Source of the DNA: Octopus sinensis | Taxonomy: Eukaryota | Reading direction: 5' to 3' | NCBI RefSeq assembly: GCF_006345805.1 | Contig: NC_043003.1 | Coordinates: forward strand, 62,124,001 to 62,188,000 | DNA: 64,000 nt | In this document: piece by piece, positions 23,467 to 36,900 of the stretch | How positions within the stretch are numbered: the first letter of the stretch is position 1 | Layout: every line of letters begins with the position of its first letter | Translations under genes and position numbers: made by a program | Notes under the pieces: generated by a model | Databases searched by the model: none | What the model saw: the letters and a program-made list of their open reading frames with translations, nothing else | Told to the model about the DNA's origin: nothing

Positions 23467-25664
23467 ATACATATGCAAAAACACGTACATACACAATCAT
23501 CCACCACATCCATATTTAATTTTAAAAAAAGAATAAAAATAAATCACTTGTTATAATTTGAACTATAATCTCAAACTTTCAATTTCCAGTTAATTTTCCT
23601 GGTTAATGAGTCATTCCAATTTGATGATCATCATGCATAATCTATGTTTCACTTTCCTCCTTAATCTTTATTAGTTTTCTTTCTTCATTGTCCATGTTTT
23701 TTTCTGAGGTGCATCATTAGATTTCTAGTATGTAACTTGGACATATATATATATATATGAGAGAGAGAGAAATGAATGCAAAGGAAGATGGAGGGAGGGG
23801 CAAAAACTGAATGAGGAAAACAGAAGCTATCATAAAATTAAAATGTACTAAAAATTTGCATATGTTCTCATTCATTCATTAAGATTTCATATATTTGCAA
23901 AATTTTCGAATTACCATCTTTTGCTAAATATTTCTTCTGGTTTGAGATATTAATCTTCAGACTTAAAGAATTTGTTAGTTTTCAAGTCTTTATATTAAAG
24001 ATATTACGAATTAGAATATGAATACTGATAAAATACACAATAGAAATTATTCACATTACATGAAAATGAAAAAATATTTTTTTAGAATATTTTTCTATAA
24101 AAATTTTAATTTTAAAAGTTACCACATATAATGTGCAAATATGCATGCATAAAGCTTCCTACACACACACACACACATTAGTTTATACACAAATAATTTA
24201 TGAATGACTTCTTTTAATGTTATATTTTGGAACCTTTATTTAATTGTAACCTTAGTGTGTATTCATGTAAGTGAAATTTTCTACATTTCTAAAGATTTCT
24301 AAATGTTAATGTTATAACATATTTTGTATTTAGTGTTTGTATCAGAAAAAGAAGTGGGTTGATATTAGAGTTTATATTTAAAACTCGCTTCTTTTGTATT
24401 TCAAAGGCTTAAGCTTTTCATCAAAGTATTTTCCCCTTATTTTTCCCAAGATTTTGTGTATAAATTTAGTGCGTTATTTTAAGGTTTTAAAGCATTCTCT
24501 TATACTGAGAAGATTATGTCTTTTCATCACGTTCCATGGTATGCTATTTTCTCATTTCAAATCAGCAAACTCAATATGGATTTGGAAAGAAATGCAAATT
24601 ATGCACACAAAAAACATAAAAAAAGATTAAAAAAACTAGTTTTCATCAGTTTGTAGTTTTACAAAGAAAAGTGTATAATATGTTGAAAATATTGATAATA
24701 AGGGCTATGGTACTGAAAGAAATGGATTTATATTTACTCTATAGGAGAAAACAACAAAACAAAACAACAACAACAACAAATCCTTTTACAAGTTTAACTG
24801 AATAACGTAGTAATAGTTTAGGTATAACAGCTTAGTAGATTCCTTTATTAATGTTACTCTAATTCCATGAAATATTTAAGTTCATAGAGTAGGAACATCG
24901 CATAAGATTGTTATTGTTTTACAGACTGGATGCTCTTCTTATCACCAGCCACTTTACTATGTGGACTGGGTGCATTTTCATACAATCAACATTGTAGAGC
25001 TTGCCTCCCAGAAATAAAATGTCTTCTCCACTTTCAGATTAATTCAGGGTTGCTGCTTTCATAAAAGGGTTGCTTTCACTATGACTTAAAGCATCAAACT
25101 CTTGCCTTATTTTCTGCTTACATATCTTATGTTTCTCCACATAAGTGATCCGAATTCAGAGTTTACAACTCTCCTAGATGGGTTGCTAGAGTTAGGAAGA
25201 GTGAGAAGAATGAAGGCCATATCAGAGGGGATAAGTTAATGAAAAGATCATATGGAAATTAGGCAACTAGTAAAAAAGAGGGAAGAGGGAGTGGTAAGGA
25301 ACAGAGAAAGAGGATGTAAATGGGGCCCACATCAACTGGGGTTGATAGCATTCACAAGACACTTTGAGAGTATGGAGTTAAGATAAAATGAAGTGAAGAA
25401 AAGTGGTAGTACAGGCAAAGCCAAGGAAAGGTGTGCACACAACCTGCCAAAGAATGTAAAGTTGGGTAGGAAGCTATTCATATTTTTACCAGAATTCTCA
25501 GGCCTATGTTACCCAATGCTTACACAATTTATTTTCCAATGGAGTAATTCTAGTCAGGCCATAACTGAGGAGTGTACAACTATCTGTCAATATCGAAAGT
25601 GATGAGCTGATAACAGTGCTTATAGCAGAGATTACAGAAAATTTAGAGCAAAAATTTCCATATA

Positions 25665-26510
25665 GGCACAGGCATGGCTATGAGGTAAGAAATTTGCTTC
25701 CCAACCACATGGCTCTGGCTTCAGTACCAATGCATGGCACTTTGGGGTCTTTTTATTCAACCTCAGACTAACCGAAGCTGTGTGAGCAGATTTGAAAGAA
25801 GCCCATCATGTGTGTGTGCGTGCGTGCACGTGTGTGTATATATACATATATATTATTTAAAACAGTTTGATTCAGTTTCTGTGCTACTTCAAGTTTTGCA
25901 AGTCCCTAATGGAGCCCTTTTCCTTCAGGTTTCTGGAATGACCAAATGAAGAGGTCTAGTAATTTCAAGATGGTTACTGAGATGGGGGTGCTACTGGTCA
26001 AGGAGGGTCACATGGTGTTTTGGTGAATAATGTCACTTGGTAAACAACAACAGTGCCATCTGAAAAGGGTGCTACTATAACTGCATTGTTGGACAGGAAA
26101 CTAGCACTGTCAGTGTGTCTGGATATGGCATCAGTAAGGCTGATGAGTATATGGTTGTGTCTGTGTGTGTGCATGCACATGTGTACTTGTGTGTGTGTAC
26201 ATGTGCATCTGTGTATGTATATATGTATGGGTATGTGTGTATGTGTATGTATACTTGTGTACATAAACATATGCGATATTATGTGTGTGTGTGTGTGTAT
26301 GTTTTTGTGTGCTTGTCCCCCACCACCACTTGACAACCAATGGTGTGTTTACATCCCTGTAACATAATGGTTCAGCAAAGAGACTGATAAAATGAATACC
26401 AGACTTTAAAAAAAGCGCTGGATTCATTTCATTTGACTAAAAAAAATTCAAGGTGGTGCCCCAACATGGCCCCGGCCTAATGATTGAAATGAGCGAAATA
26501 GATAAAAGAT
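25665..26510 (+). mobile_element. SINE family C (head 25665-25850, tail 26305-26510) interrupted by a ~290 bp insert and microsatellite
   Basis: GGCACAGGCATGGCTATGAGGTAAG...TGGCACTTTGGG head and CCCCACCACCACTTGACAACC tail flank the unrelated segment 25855-26148. Confidence 0.7.
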
Positions 26511-26861
26511 ATGTAAACAAGAAAGAAGACAAAACTGTGATTCAATCAGTGAAATGGCTATGCTTATAATGCAAAAAGGATAAAATTTCCATACAGTTTT
26601 TACCCCATATGACCTATGAGTGCACTGGAGGTGAAGCAGAATCAGTGAATTGAGACTTTAGTTTAAGTGTACAGTAGTAACGAGCTCTCAGGGCACCAGT
26701 AAACTAAACTTCTTGCATTTCTCAGTAGGGCAATGGCGTACTGTGAGTGTAGTGGCTAGAATTAAAATAGAGTAGGAAAAGTTCAGGAAGTTCAGGGAGC
26801 TGACAACAAGAGGATCCTCTCTCTGAGTAAAGTTCATTCATTTGTATGATGCATCAACAAC

Positions 26862-27215
26862 TCGAATGTGTATGAACTGTGATGCTGCATGATAGTGAGA
26901 TGTGGACACTGAATGCATAGCATGTGAAAAGGTTGGAGGGAAATGAAGTGAGCATGATATGCAAGTTGTGTAATGTTATTTTGCATGAATAACAGAGCGT
27001 AGACAAGCTAAGAGAAAATCTGTTTGAGAGGAATAAGCTGTAGTGACAGCTGCACTTGTATGGACATATAATGTTATAGAAAATGACAGGTGGGTGAAGA
27101 AATGTCAGGAGAGTCATATGGAATGAGCCAAACAATGAGGAAGACCAAGGAAGATGTGGGCAGAAGTGGTGAACATTAATCTTAGGAAGATAAACCTCTT
27201 CCAAGGGAAAGCAAT
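26862..27215 (+). mobile_element. Decayed RTE LINE C-terminal remnant
   Basis: VMLHDSEMWTLNA*HVKRLEGNEVSM...QSVDKLRENL...LYGHIM...GRPRKMWAEVV, homologous to 5136-5560. Confidence 0.75.
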
Positions 27216-27898
27216 GAGTAGCAGGATGCTATGTTGGAGAGGACTCATCTACCTCGTGTAGTAAAACACATGTAAAAAAATTATTATGATGGTGGCTGGA
27301 TGGTTGTGGTAGTGGTAAATCAAGCCAAACTTCAGAAAAGCCATCTATCATTTCGCTATTTTAACAGGTTAGAAATTATCATCTTGGGTCAATTTGAACA
27401 TATTCAAGAAACAGGCACTCATTATAATATTGTACCAGTGGCAGTCATAGACTGTGATAAAGGTCATAATCTTGTTGGGTCTGATGTGTTAAATATATGC
27501 AGTCAAAGTTATTCAGCAAGATTAATTGCACCTGGTACTGAAGATACTTGTATGCCAAAAGATTATGAAGCCAGATTCAAATTGAGAGTAAACATATATC
27601 CATCATATTTTGAATCTTGGAAAGTACCAATTCATATTTTTCAACTAGCTATTAAATTTGTAAAAATGATTGAATAGAACATATCAGAACTGGTTCCAAT
27701 TATGGTAGCAATCATAGATTTACAAAAACCAGGCAGAGATTTATGTCTATAGTAATCATGATGGGCACTGCAAGATTTGTTTATACTCTCTTCCGACCTC
27801 TAATATTAATTTTAAATTTTGGTATAAGGTCAGCAACTTCAGGAGAGAAGAGGGCACTCAGCTTGTACTCATTTTATAGACCCTGAAAGGATGACAAG

Positions 27899-28130
27899 TG
27901 TTGTGGTGTCCCATCTAACATAGTTGGCAGTTCATAGTTTGGTCTTCGAAGTCCAAGTACAGTTTATAGTTTGAGTTAGTGTGTTGGAAATATTGATTGT
28001 TCATTTTGTTGTGTGTTTGTTACTGCTGCTGTTTCTATTTTGTATTGTTATAACACTGTTACAGTGTATTCTTTATCAATCATCAGCAATATCAGCCATA
28101 CTATAATATTGGTGGCATAGGGATATAACA
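27899..28130. mobile_element. Solo-LTR-like 232 bp insert splitting a SINE family B copy
   Basis: Starts TGTTGTGG and ends GGGATATAACA (TG...CA); flanked by CAAG/AAAG, a near-4-bp TSD; the SINE sequence GAAAGGATGA..AAGGTAAAGTCAACC resumes across it. Confidence 0.55.
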
Positions 28131-28364
28131 AAAGGTAAAGTCAACCTTGGCAAGATTTGAACTTAGTGTGTAAAGGCAGACAAAATGCTGCAAAGCATTT
28201 TACTCAGTGTGCTTATGATTCTGCCAGCTCACCAACTTCTCTAACCTCTAATATTGAATCTGCTTTCCCCATAGTCAGTGGAATGCTTTTTCTTCTTTTT
28301 GCACAAGTTGAAGATTAAATTCAATTAACTAATCTCTTTGAAGAAATCATTACCTGTAGGATTG

Positions 28365-28755
28365 GACTGGCTGTGTGTTTACTTTGCAATCACATACATC
28401 ATTTTGGGTTTAGTCCTATTGATGGGCACCTTGAGCAAGTGTCTTCTGTATAGCTCCTGGCTGACCAGTGCCTTGTGAGTGAATTTGGTAGAAAGAACTG
28501 TGAAGAAGTTCAACTTATTCGTGTGTGTGTGTGTGTGTGCATGTATATATGCATCCTTATGCTTTGTTGTGTTTGTTTTTGATCACTATTATCAGCTAGT
28601 GTTGAGTTGTCTATGTCCCCCCAAAAAGCTTAGCAATTTGGCAAAGGAAATAGAGAATACGAAACAGATTTTTAAAAAATTTTAGCTAAATCCTTCAGGA
28701 CAGTGCCCTAGCATGGCCACAGTCTAATGGCTGAAACAAGTAAAAAATGAAAGAT
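28365..28755 (+). mobile_element. SINE family C, near full length
   Basis: GGCACCTTGAGCAAGTGTCTTC head, (GT)n, then tail ending GGCTGAAACAAGTAAAAAA. Confidence 0.7.
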
Positions 28756-30635
28756 GAGCATATTGAAATGAACATGGATGCCTTGTGACATAAATATTAC
28801 AAGTGTGATTTTTCAGCATGCCATATTAAAGTCTTTGGGGAACAATATATAGTAATCTATCAGGATAATATATTTTTTTTTGTTTGGGTGCAGCTACTGA
28901 GTAGAAATTGAACCTGAATCTGAAAGTTATATCAATTAACTGAGAGATTTACACTGACAAATATATCTTTAATAGTAACATGACGTCATTTTTGAGATAT
29001 CCCATTTTAAAGAAAGTCTTTCTTCAGATTGACATTTTGTTAAAAAAAATATATATATTTTTTTTTAATGTTCCTGCTGACAATAAGGGCAACTTAGTGA
29101 CAAAAGAGGCATCCAACTGCAGAAAATTCCACCTTACTCATCAAATTTTGATTGACCCATGTGAGCATGAAAAAATTGACATCAAAATGATGATTGTAAG
29201 GATACTGGTGATGGTGATGATAATGTATTTCCTTCCTTTAATAAGAAAGTATTAGAAGTATTGTTTTATAGTCGGTAGATTTTTACAATCAGTATTTATT
29301 ATTCAGGGAAAATTTGAATTTTCATGGACAAATGTTCAGCAAAAGACATTTCAGAGATTAAATTATGTGCTTGCTGAAAATTCTGCTGGGAGGATATTTG
29401 ATACTGCATTGATAACTGATGCTAAGTATCACAAGCAAACCGAGTGCTATATCTAAAAGGGAAGTTTTGCTGAATCTAATTATTTGAATATTGAGAGAGA
29501 GAGAGAGGGGAGGAGAGAAAGAGAGAGAGGCTTTAGAAATTGTGAGGACCACAAATTGGACATGCAATAATTTTACTTGCTAGAAAATTTCATATTTAGA
29601 TCTGCCCATAGATCACTTCCATCCATGATTAATTCCTAAAATCCTGTACAGCAGATATTCAGTCCAGTGCCAAATCCTAACCTACATGAGAAACATAGCT
29701 GAAATAGTGAATTTGTTTGAGTTGAAAACTAGAACTAATCACTCTCCTGTATGACAAACAAATTTAGTCTCATTTCAGAGAGAACTTCCTGTTTGCACCA
29801 TATGTTTATTTTTTGTGTTTTATCAAGTGGATTTCTAGATCATTTCTTCCTTTGATTTTCAAGCTTAATGGCAATTAATTCCTCAAGCAGTGAGTTAGAA
29901 TTAGGTGAAATTAGTTATTAATGATCTATTTATTTATCCATTTATTTATTATAGAAACAGAATTTGAACTTGGGTAAAAAGAAATATTAGTGATATTTCA
30001 GTGTCATCTATAAACACCTGTGATCTAAGTGATGTTGGGATTTATTGATTCTGAGCAGGAATGGCATTATCATTAATGAATGAATAGTATTAAACAAAAA
30101 ATTTGATTTACAATTATCACATAAATGTAGTGTCTCTGTATACTGCTCGGTTTACAAGAAGAAATTATTATTGTAAAAAGGGTAAATAAAACTTATTCAC
30201 TGGGCCTTACACAATTTTTGAATGGAAGAGAAGGCATATCTCTGAATGTTATTATCTTATGGAAGGTGTACAGCTTGCAAGTTACAGAGTTTAACTTGAG
30301 CACAAATCAGCCTGGAGAGAGGAAATTGATGCCTAAGAACTGATATCTTGTAAAGATATGTGAAAACACCTATGTCTAATCAATTCATTCAATTTCTTTA
30401 TATTCAGTCTACCTTGGGAAGTGAAATGATATGACAACAGGCTGTAAAAGCAAGAAGCAAAACCCATATTTATAATGTACACCAATGATCTTTACACCCT
30501 ATCAGTAATTTCATCCAAGTTCATGCTCTGGTTATATTTCTATGATTTTTGTACTAGCCAAAGTGCATTTTATCAAAATCTCTAACAGGACTGAGAGTTG
30601 CCTGTTTATTCATGTGAAGTTGAGGTCTACACACA

Positions 30636-30680
<45 letters not shown>

Positions 30681-31581
30681 CAGAGAATGTCTCAGAAAAT
30701 TACATATCTAGACTTGTGTATACAAGGATCATGCTCATATCAATAGAATTTGATTGTTTGTCCTAATGGATTCCCTTTCAGAATGGTCAAGTGTTATTTA
30801 TGTTCTTACTAAAAAAACAACAGGATTATAAAACAGTCGTTAGTGTCTAGCAATACTCTTGAATATCATGAATATAATCTATGTTCTTGACTACTGAAAA
30901 TTGGTTGGATTCCTAACAAAACACTGCCATGTCACTTGATGGGATTTACATCCCAAATAGACTGAGTACTCATTGTAAGGGTTCCTTCAGTATAAGCCTA
31001 ATTTTATTCCATTTGTTATTCCATATTATCATTGTAAGTGCCCTGATTAAAATGAGCACCATCACTAGTTTCAAATTACTTGAATTTAGGCCTGATTTGG
31101 TTTGCACGAACCAAATTTCCTATTCCATTCTTTGAAGTAGTGTTATTTTTAGTTTACATCACAAAGTTTGCCATGTCTAGTGTTAAACAGATGGTTCAAA
31201 ATTTGAAAATGGGGTTAAAAGCATTCTTTTGTCATGATCTAATGTTTGAGACATTTTTATTCCTCTGATTGCTTAGCTATTATCTGATTTCTTATGTAAA
31301 AAGGTTAGAAAGTACTTCTGCCATGATGGGATATCAGTTCCATTCACCCTGAAATATGTCTTTTTCCACAGATCAGCAGATGTGATATATAAAGGAGTAT
31401 GTTCCCCTCTCATGAAAGAACTTTTAAAGGGAGTTCTTTCACTAAGGGTGAACATTATTCTACTCAGATTATAAAACCCTTACATTTCTGGGACTTGTTA
31501 TAGCAAGGTGCAAAACTACTACTTTGAATAAAGTATAGGTTTATACTGTATATTATAATTATGTCATTGATATGTCAATAT

Positions 31582-32042
31582 TGGTTTCAAATTTTGGCAC
31601 AAGGCTAGCAATTTCAGGGGAGAGGAGTAGTCAATTACATCAACCCTAGTGTCCAACTGGTACTCATTTTATCAATCCAGAAAGGATGAAAGGCAGAGTT
31701 TACCTCAGCAGAATTTGAACTCACTGCACAAAGGCAGATGAAATGCCACTAAGCATTTTGCCTAGCATGCTTAACAATTCTGGTTGCTCACCACCTTATT
31801 GATATGTTAATATTAGTGCATAATTTGAAGACAGCAAGCGGGCAGAATCGTTAGCATGCTGAACGAAATGCTTAGTGGTATTTTGTCTGTCTTCACATTC
31901 AGTTCAAATTCCACTGCGGTCGACTTTGCTTTTCATCTTTTTGGAGTCAATTAAATAAGTACCAGTTGCATACTGGAGTTGATGTAATCGACTTACCCTC
32001 TTCCCTGAAATTGCTGGCCTTGTGCCAAAATTTGAAATCAAT
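31582..32042. mobile_element. Head-to-head inverted pair of SINE family B copies (minus 31582-31797, plus 31827-32042)
   Basis: The two copies are reverse complements separated by ~30 nt; the first is flanked by GATATGTCAATATT / GATATGTTAATATT (TSD-like). Confidence 0.8.
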
Positions 32043-33544
32043 ATTAACACATACTTTTTCTGTTTGAACATAGTTATTTATATACACTGTAGTTCCGTAT
32101 GCAGTTTGACCTGTCACTTGATTGAAACTTCTGAATATAAAGTACCATGTGTAAACAGGATAATATTTGAATAAACTCTGTATAACACAACAGATAAATT
32201 CACAATTCATTAACTTTTTAATAAGATTTTGATCATTAATTAGATTCTTTTTTTAAGTTTTAAGAACACTAAATCTCTTTTGAATTTTCATAACTAATTC
32301 TTCCCACTGAAAGTGAGATAAACTTTTGAAAATTTGAGCTCGTTATAATGATATAAGTTTCCACTTCAAAGAACAAAAATTGCATACAATATAAATTTTA
32401 TTATAAGAAGCAACAGTGTATTGCAATATTATTTTGAATATTAATATTAATTATTATAATTTTATTGCATACAAATATTGTTTACATGCAATGAAATTAT
32501 GAAAATTATCTCTATAATCATTTCTAATCCTTTGGTCTAAATGAAAGTCATTATTATTATTATGTCAACAAAAAAAAGAAAGTGGAACATTTTAATAGTT
32601 TAAATAATAAGAGAGAAGTCCTTTAATATAACCTGTTCAAATAGAAAACTTTGATTTAAAGGCCATAAGTTATCTGTATAAAATTCAGTTACAAGGCTGG
32701 TGTCAAATTTGAAGTGATGGCCAAGACAAGTTTGTGAAACAATTTACATTTTTACGATAATCTTGAAGAAAAAATGAGGTTATATGATCAGTGGATCATA
32801 AATGTTTATGTTTTTCCATATATTGATTCAAAAAAGAAAATCAATACTTATAGGCTACATAAGTCACTTGGGGTTGACTTTGCATAATGTTTTGAAGGTT
32901 ATTATTTGACTGGAAGAGGGTACCAGCAATATGCAGTTTTAGGAGGAAACTGTCTATAAAACTTTCAATATGAATCTATAAGCAGTGGTTCTGATCATGG
33001 TATCATGAGAATCTGTTGATTTTCCTTATGTTGAACTAACTAGCAATACAAGACAGTAGCTTTGTAGTTAAACTGGTTTCTAACTATACAACTAAAAGAT
33101 TAAACTCTGCTACAAGCATTTAAATAGGACTTCTTAAAATAAAAATAAGCACTCTTAATCTTGGATTGAAAGGTTAATAGTCAAAATGAAATAATTGTTA
33201 CAACAGTATACTAATGATTTGATTTTCAAAAATTACTACCCTTCTGGAACAATATTGTTAAATAAAGTAGACTGATACATAAGCTGTTAGATAAATTCTT
33301 TCATTATTTTTCTACTTGGCATTCTATTGTAATATGTGTGAAAAAACGCAAACTTTATTCAAATTTCAAAATTGAAAACAAAGGTTATAGAGGACGTATT
33401 GAACTAAAAAATAATCTATAAAACACCATGATAAAACGATATTTTTCATGTTAATTCATATAACAGTAGAAAGGATTAAAATAAATGGAAAAAGTGAACA
33501 AATTTATCAGACAACCCTGCGTGTGTGTGAGTGTGTGTAACTAG

Positions 33545-33990
33545 AAGCTTTATTACCACAACAATCGTTTCGGCTACATTCTGCACTGCTCCTTAGTGGG
33601 TGTGGGACAATGTAATGACATCAGGTGCAATGCACAGTGCAGTAAGCCTCATCAGGTAATGTAACATGCTTTAAAATTTACCAGATTTACATTTTGTTTT
33701 TGCTCCATGGTATATGCTGGTGGTGAGTTGCTAGAAGTTCAAACACATTTTGGTTAAGTGAAGATGTGGTCAGGAAAAAAATGAAAAAATAAAAACACAA
33801 AGAATCTAATGTAAACAGGGATGGGTTGATGGGTTTATAGTTGTGGTCAAGAAGTGGTTGCAAAAAAATAAAAAAATAAAATAAAAGTAAAATACAAAGA
33901 GTCTAATGAGAGCAAGTGCAAGAAAAGAACGAGAGTGAGTGCAAGAAGAATGAGAAAGGGTATTTTTTGATGAGGTAAGTTAAAGAGTAA
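33545..33990 (-). mobile_element. Penelope-like terminal fragment carrying a hammerhead motif and polyA signal
   Basis: Minus strand: pyrimidine-rich UTR, then CTGATGAGGC...GCCGAAACGATTGTTGTGGTAATAAAGC. Confidence 0.5.
33555..33660 (-). ncRNA. Type I hammerhead ribozyme-like motif with extended helix II
   Basis: AUUAC-CUGAUGA (33655-33649)-GGCUUAC-UGCACUG...CAGUGCA-GAAU-GUAGCC-GAAA (33571-33568)-C-GAUU-G-U-U-GUGGU; all core residues are canonical, G10.1-C11.1 is present, helix III is 2 bp with a GAUU loop, and the predicted cut is between 33560 and 33559. Confidence 0.65.
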
Positions 33991-36900
33991 AATCTTCCCA
34001 TCAAGCGTGTTTCAAACCGTATTTTATTCAAAATATATTTTGTTTCATCACACTCTAGTAGTAGTTACTCCATAAAAAAAAATCTAAACCTACTTTTATG
34101 GTAATGTAGTTCATACTTTCACTGGAAAATAGGTCCTAGAACAAGAATAACCAAAACTTGTCTTTTGCATGCGGTTGAGTGAAATATATTGAAAAGAAAC
34201 CAATATAGTTTACTCACCCTAATACATATTTAATCATTGATATTACTTCTTGAAGTGTTAAATTAGAGGTATTAATATTTACTTTACTTGTTCGTTTTCT
34301 TCTATTTTCTAAATACTGATAGCTTAGATTTCTTTGCTTTAAAAATCAACTTTAGCATATATCATGAACTATATTTTCTCTCTCAACATCATGATATATA
34401 TTTTTTGTGTATTTCTTCAATTCACTATGGTATGAGATAGTTCCAAATGATTTATAAGAAACTGTCAGTTGCAGAAGTTCTGAAAAGCTATCAATTGTTC
34501 CTCTTTTACATTTCTCAGAAATACTGATATTGACTTCCAGTTACACATAACTCGAATACCTTTATCTGTTAATTTTGCTGCCATTTTCATTTCCATCATA
34601 TAAATTGAATCTTTCTTGGTGATACAAAAACAAACATCATTTCTTAATTCATTTGAAAAACAGCATTACTTATTATTGATTGCTGCAGTTTTTTCTTATT
34701 CTTTATTGAAATGCAATGTCTTGTTGTATTAATACATATTAATGAAGTTTATCTTGAGAGTTTAGCCACAAGGATTTTTCATTTACCTACACAAAAATTA
34801 GATTATCACTAATAGAATTAATTTTCTACTTGTTCATATATTTTCAAGAGCATGATAAATTCTGCATATAATTTTGTCTAATATGCAACTTCTTTAATGG
34901 TTTGAGATTTGAAATTATTTACTTCAGTTTTATAGGAATAAACTTTGTGGTAATGTATAATAAGAGAAGACATCAGCTTCAATTATTTATCTCAAGTGTG
35001 ATAAATAAATGTTTTTCCTTAAAATATTTTAATTTCTATTCTTGTTAGAAAATATTTAAAATCCTCATCACTTAAAATTTATAAAATACATTTTGTCTAT
35101 TATTTAAGGTGTGCACTTAACTGAATCTTGTGCTGAACTATGATTTATGCACTGTATATAAAAACATTTCTAAAAGTATTTCATTATACATTTACACACT
35201 TTGTGTTTATTTTAGTTTATTTAGATGGAAGATAGTTTCACACTCTATTTCTTGGTAAGATTTTTCTACCTTTAACTTGATACATTTTCTCCTCAATTAC
35301 ATCCTATATATAATATTCAAATTCTCTTATCAAACCATTTCACAATTTAACTCTATAATATTATTTGAAAGTTTATGAAAATAAACTCTTAGTATAATTG
35401 CAACATATTTTTATTTCTATTTTTTATGCTTTAATTGGTTATTAACAAAAATTTATTTTAATATGATGAAATTATTATTTCAAATGGAATGTATATTTGA
35501 TATTAATTCTAGAAAATTATTTGGTATATTAAAAGAGTATATCAACATTTGAAAACTGTATACCATTTTTATGTGTGTATAATGTACAATATTTCTGTAG
35601 ACTTTTAAGCCCCAGAATTAAGTGCGTATATTATGAGAACAGAGAACTGTTAACTATTTTTCTGTGGTTATATTTGGAATAAGACATTTTATAAATACAT
35701 CCAAATGATGTATAATGAAGAATTTAAATGGTATAATGATGTTATATTTTGTATTATACTGACAATACAATTAAATCTTAACATTCTAAGTCAATGGTAA
35801 TTTGTCTAATTAGCCAAAGAATTGAACATTCATAGACTTAGTCATATATTCCAATAGAAATTAAATTCATGGTAAACTTGAAATGGAAATCTCTTGTTAT
35901 TAGTGTACAAAGCATTTTAAATCTACGTTCCTGCCATGTTATAGCTACGTAGTAGGTTATATGCAGTTTATTTTATTCTTTTTATATCATGAGTTTGTGA
36001 ATAATAGTGTCATTTGTTAGAAAGTGATTATGAGCCAATCTGGTTTACTGTTATTGTTTAATGTAAATCAATGTGATCTAATTTATTTATTAGTTATTTA
36101 TGTTAGTTATATATCATTTATGTTGAGTTAACCATGTCGTATTGCAGATACATTTGACTGATATGAATCTGAATTGGTGTTTCTACATTCCTTCATATCA
36201 CTCCTCATTCTTTTAAAGATGGTACACATTGAACAATGTAGGCAGAAAAAAAAAAACAAGTTAGTTATGATTGGGTGGATCTACCATATCAGAATTGGTT
36301 GGTTGGGGATAACGAACAATATATACTTATTTTATTGATTTACAAGCTATGGAAAGGAAATTTGACCTTGGAGTACAGAAGATCAAAATTATATATTTTT
36401 AGTGTTAGATTATATAGTAGACTATGCTTTGCTAATAAGGTCTAATAACAATGAAATATGTTGGAAATTGTCCTTGTAAAACTAAACTTCCGGTTCACCT
36501 GAACTGCATTTCATATTTAATTAATTTTCAAATTCTGGGGTTGTCTTCCTTGCATTTCTTTACCAGAATTAATAGTTTTACCAGAATGACATTTTTTCAT
36601 CATTAATAATGCAAATTTAATTAATTAAAATTTCTTGACTTACAGCATATATTTATGCTCACTTTACCATTTGGTATGCTACTGCATCTTTTCTTCAATT
36701 TGACTTTGCTAAAAATATCTATAATTATAAAAAGGTAAATTAATGTGCAAGATTTAAAGTTATACATTTGAACTTTGATATAATTTTAATAATTATTCTT
36801 TTGCTTTCTTTAATTAATATTTTCCACTACAACTTATTTACTAAAGTTACTTCTAAAACAAAGAAATTTATGTAATATTTCTAATTGAATATTGAAGACA

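Larger units (their letters stand above)
27330..31540 (+). mobile_element. Fragmented Gypsy-like LTR retrotransposon pol fossil (PR-RT junction, RT-RNase H link, integrase), interrupted by later insertions
   Basis: 27330-27790: DYEARFKLRVNIYPSYFESWKVP...KMIE; 29300-29460: FSWTNVQQKTFQRLNYVL...FDTALITDAK; ~30260: RCTACK (CxxC); 31180-31230: SSVKQMVQNLKMGLKAF (integrase AER.VQT.K motif). The order is the Gypsy domain order. Confidence 0.65.

Noticed and set aside
27300-27677. 125-aa ORF as a host gene
   Set aside because: It matches a Gypsy protease-RT junction and continues past stops into RT-like residues
34380-34680. Minus-strand ~60-codon frame (MEMKMAAKLTDKGIRVMCNWKSISVFLRNVKEEQ) as gag or an exon
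   Set aside because: Only a vague gag-like impression, with no diagnostic motif or splice support
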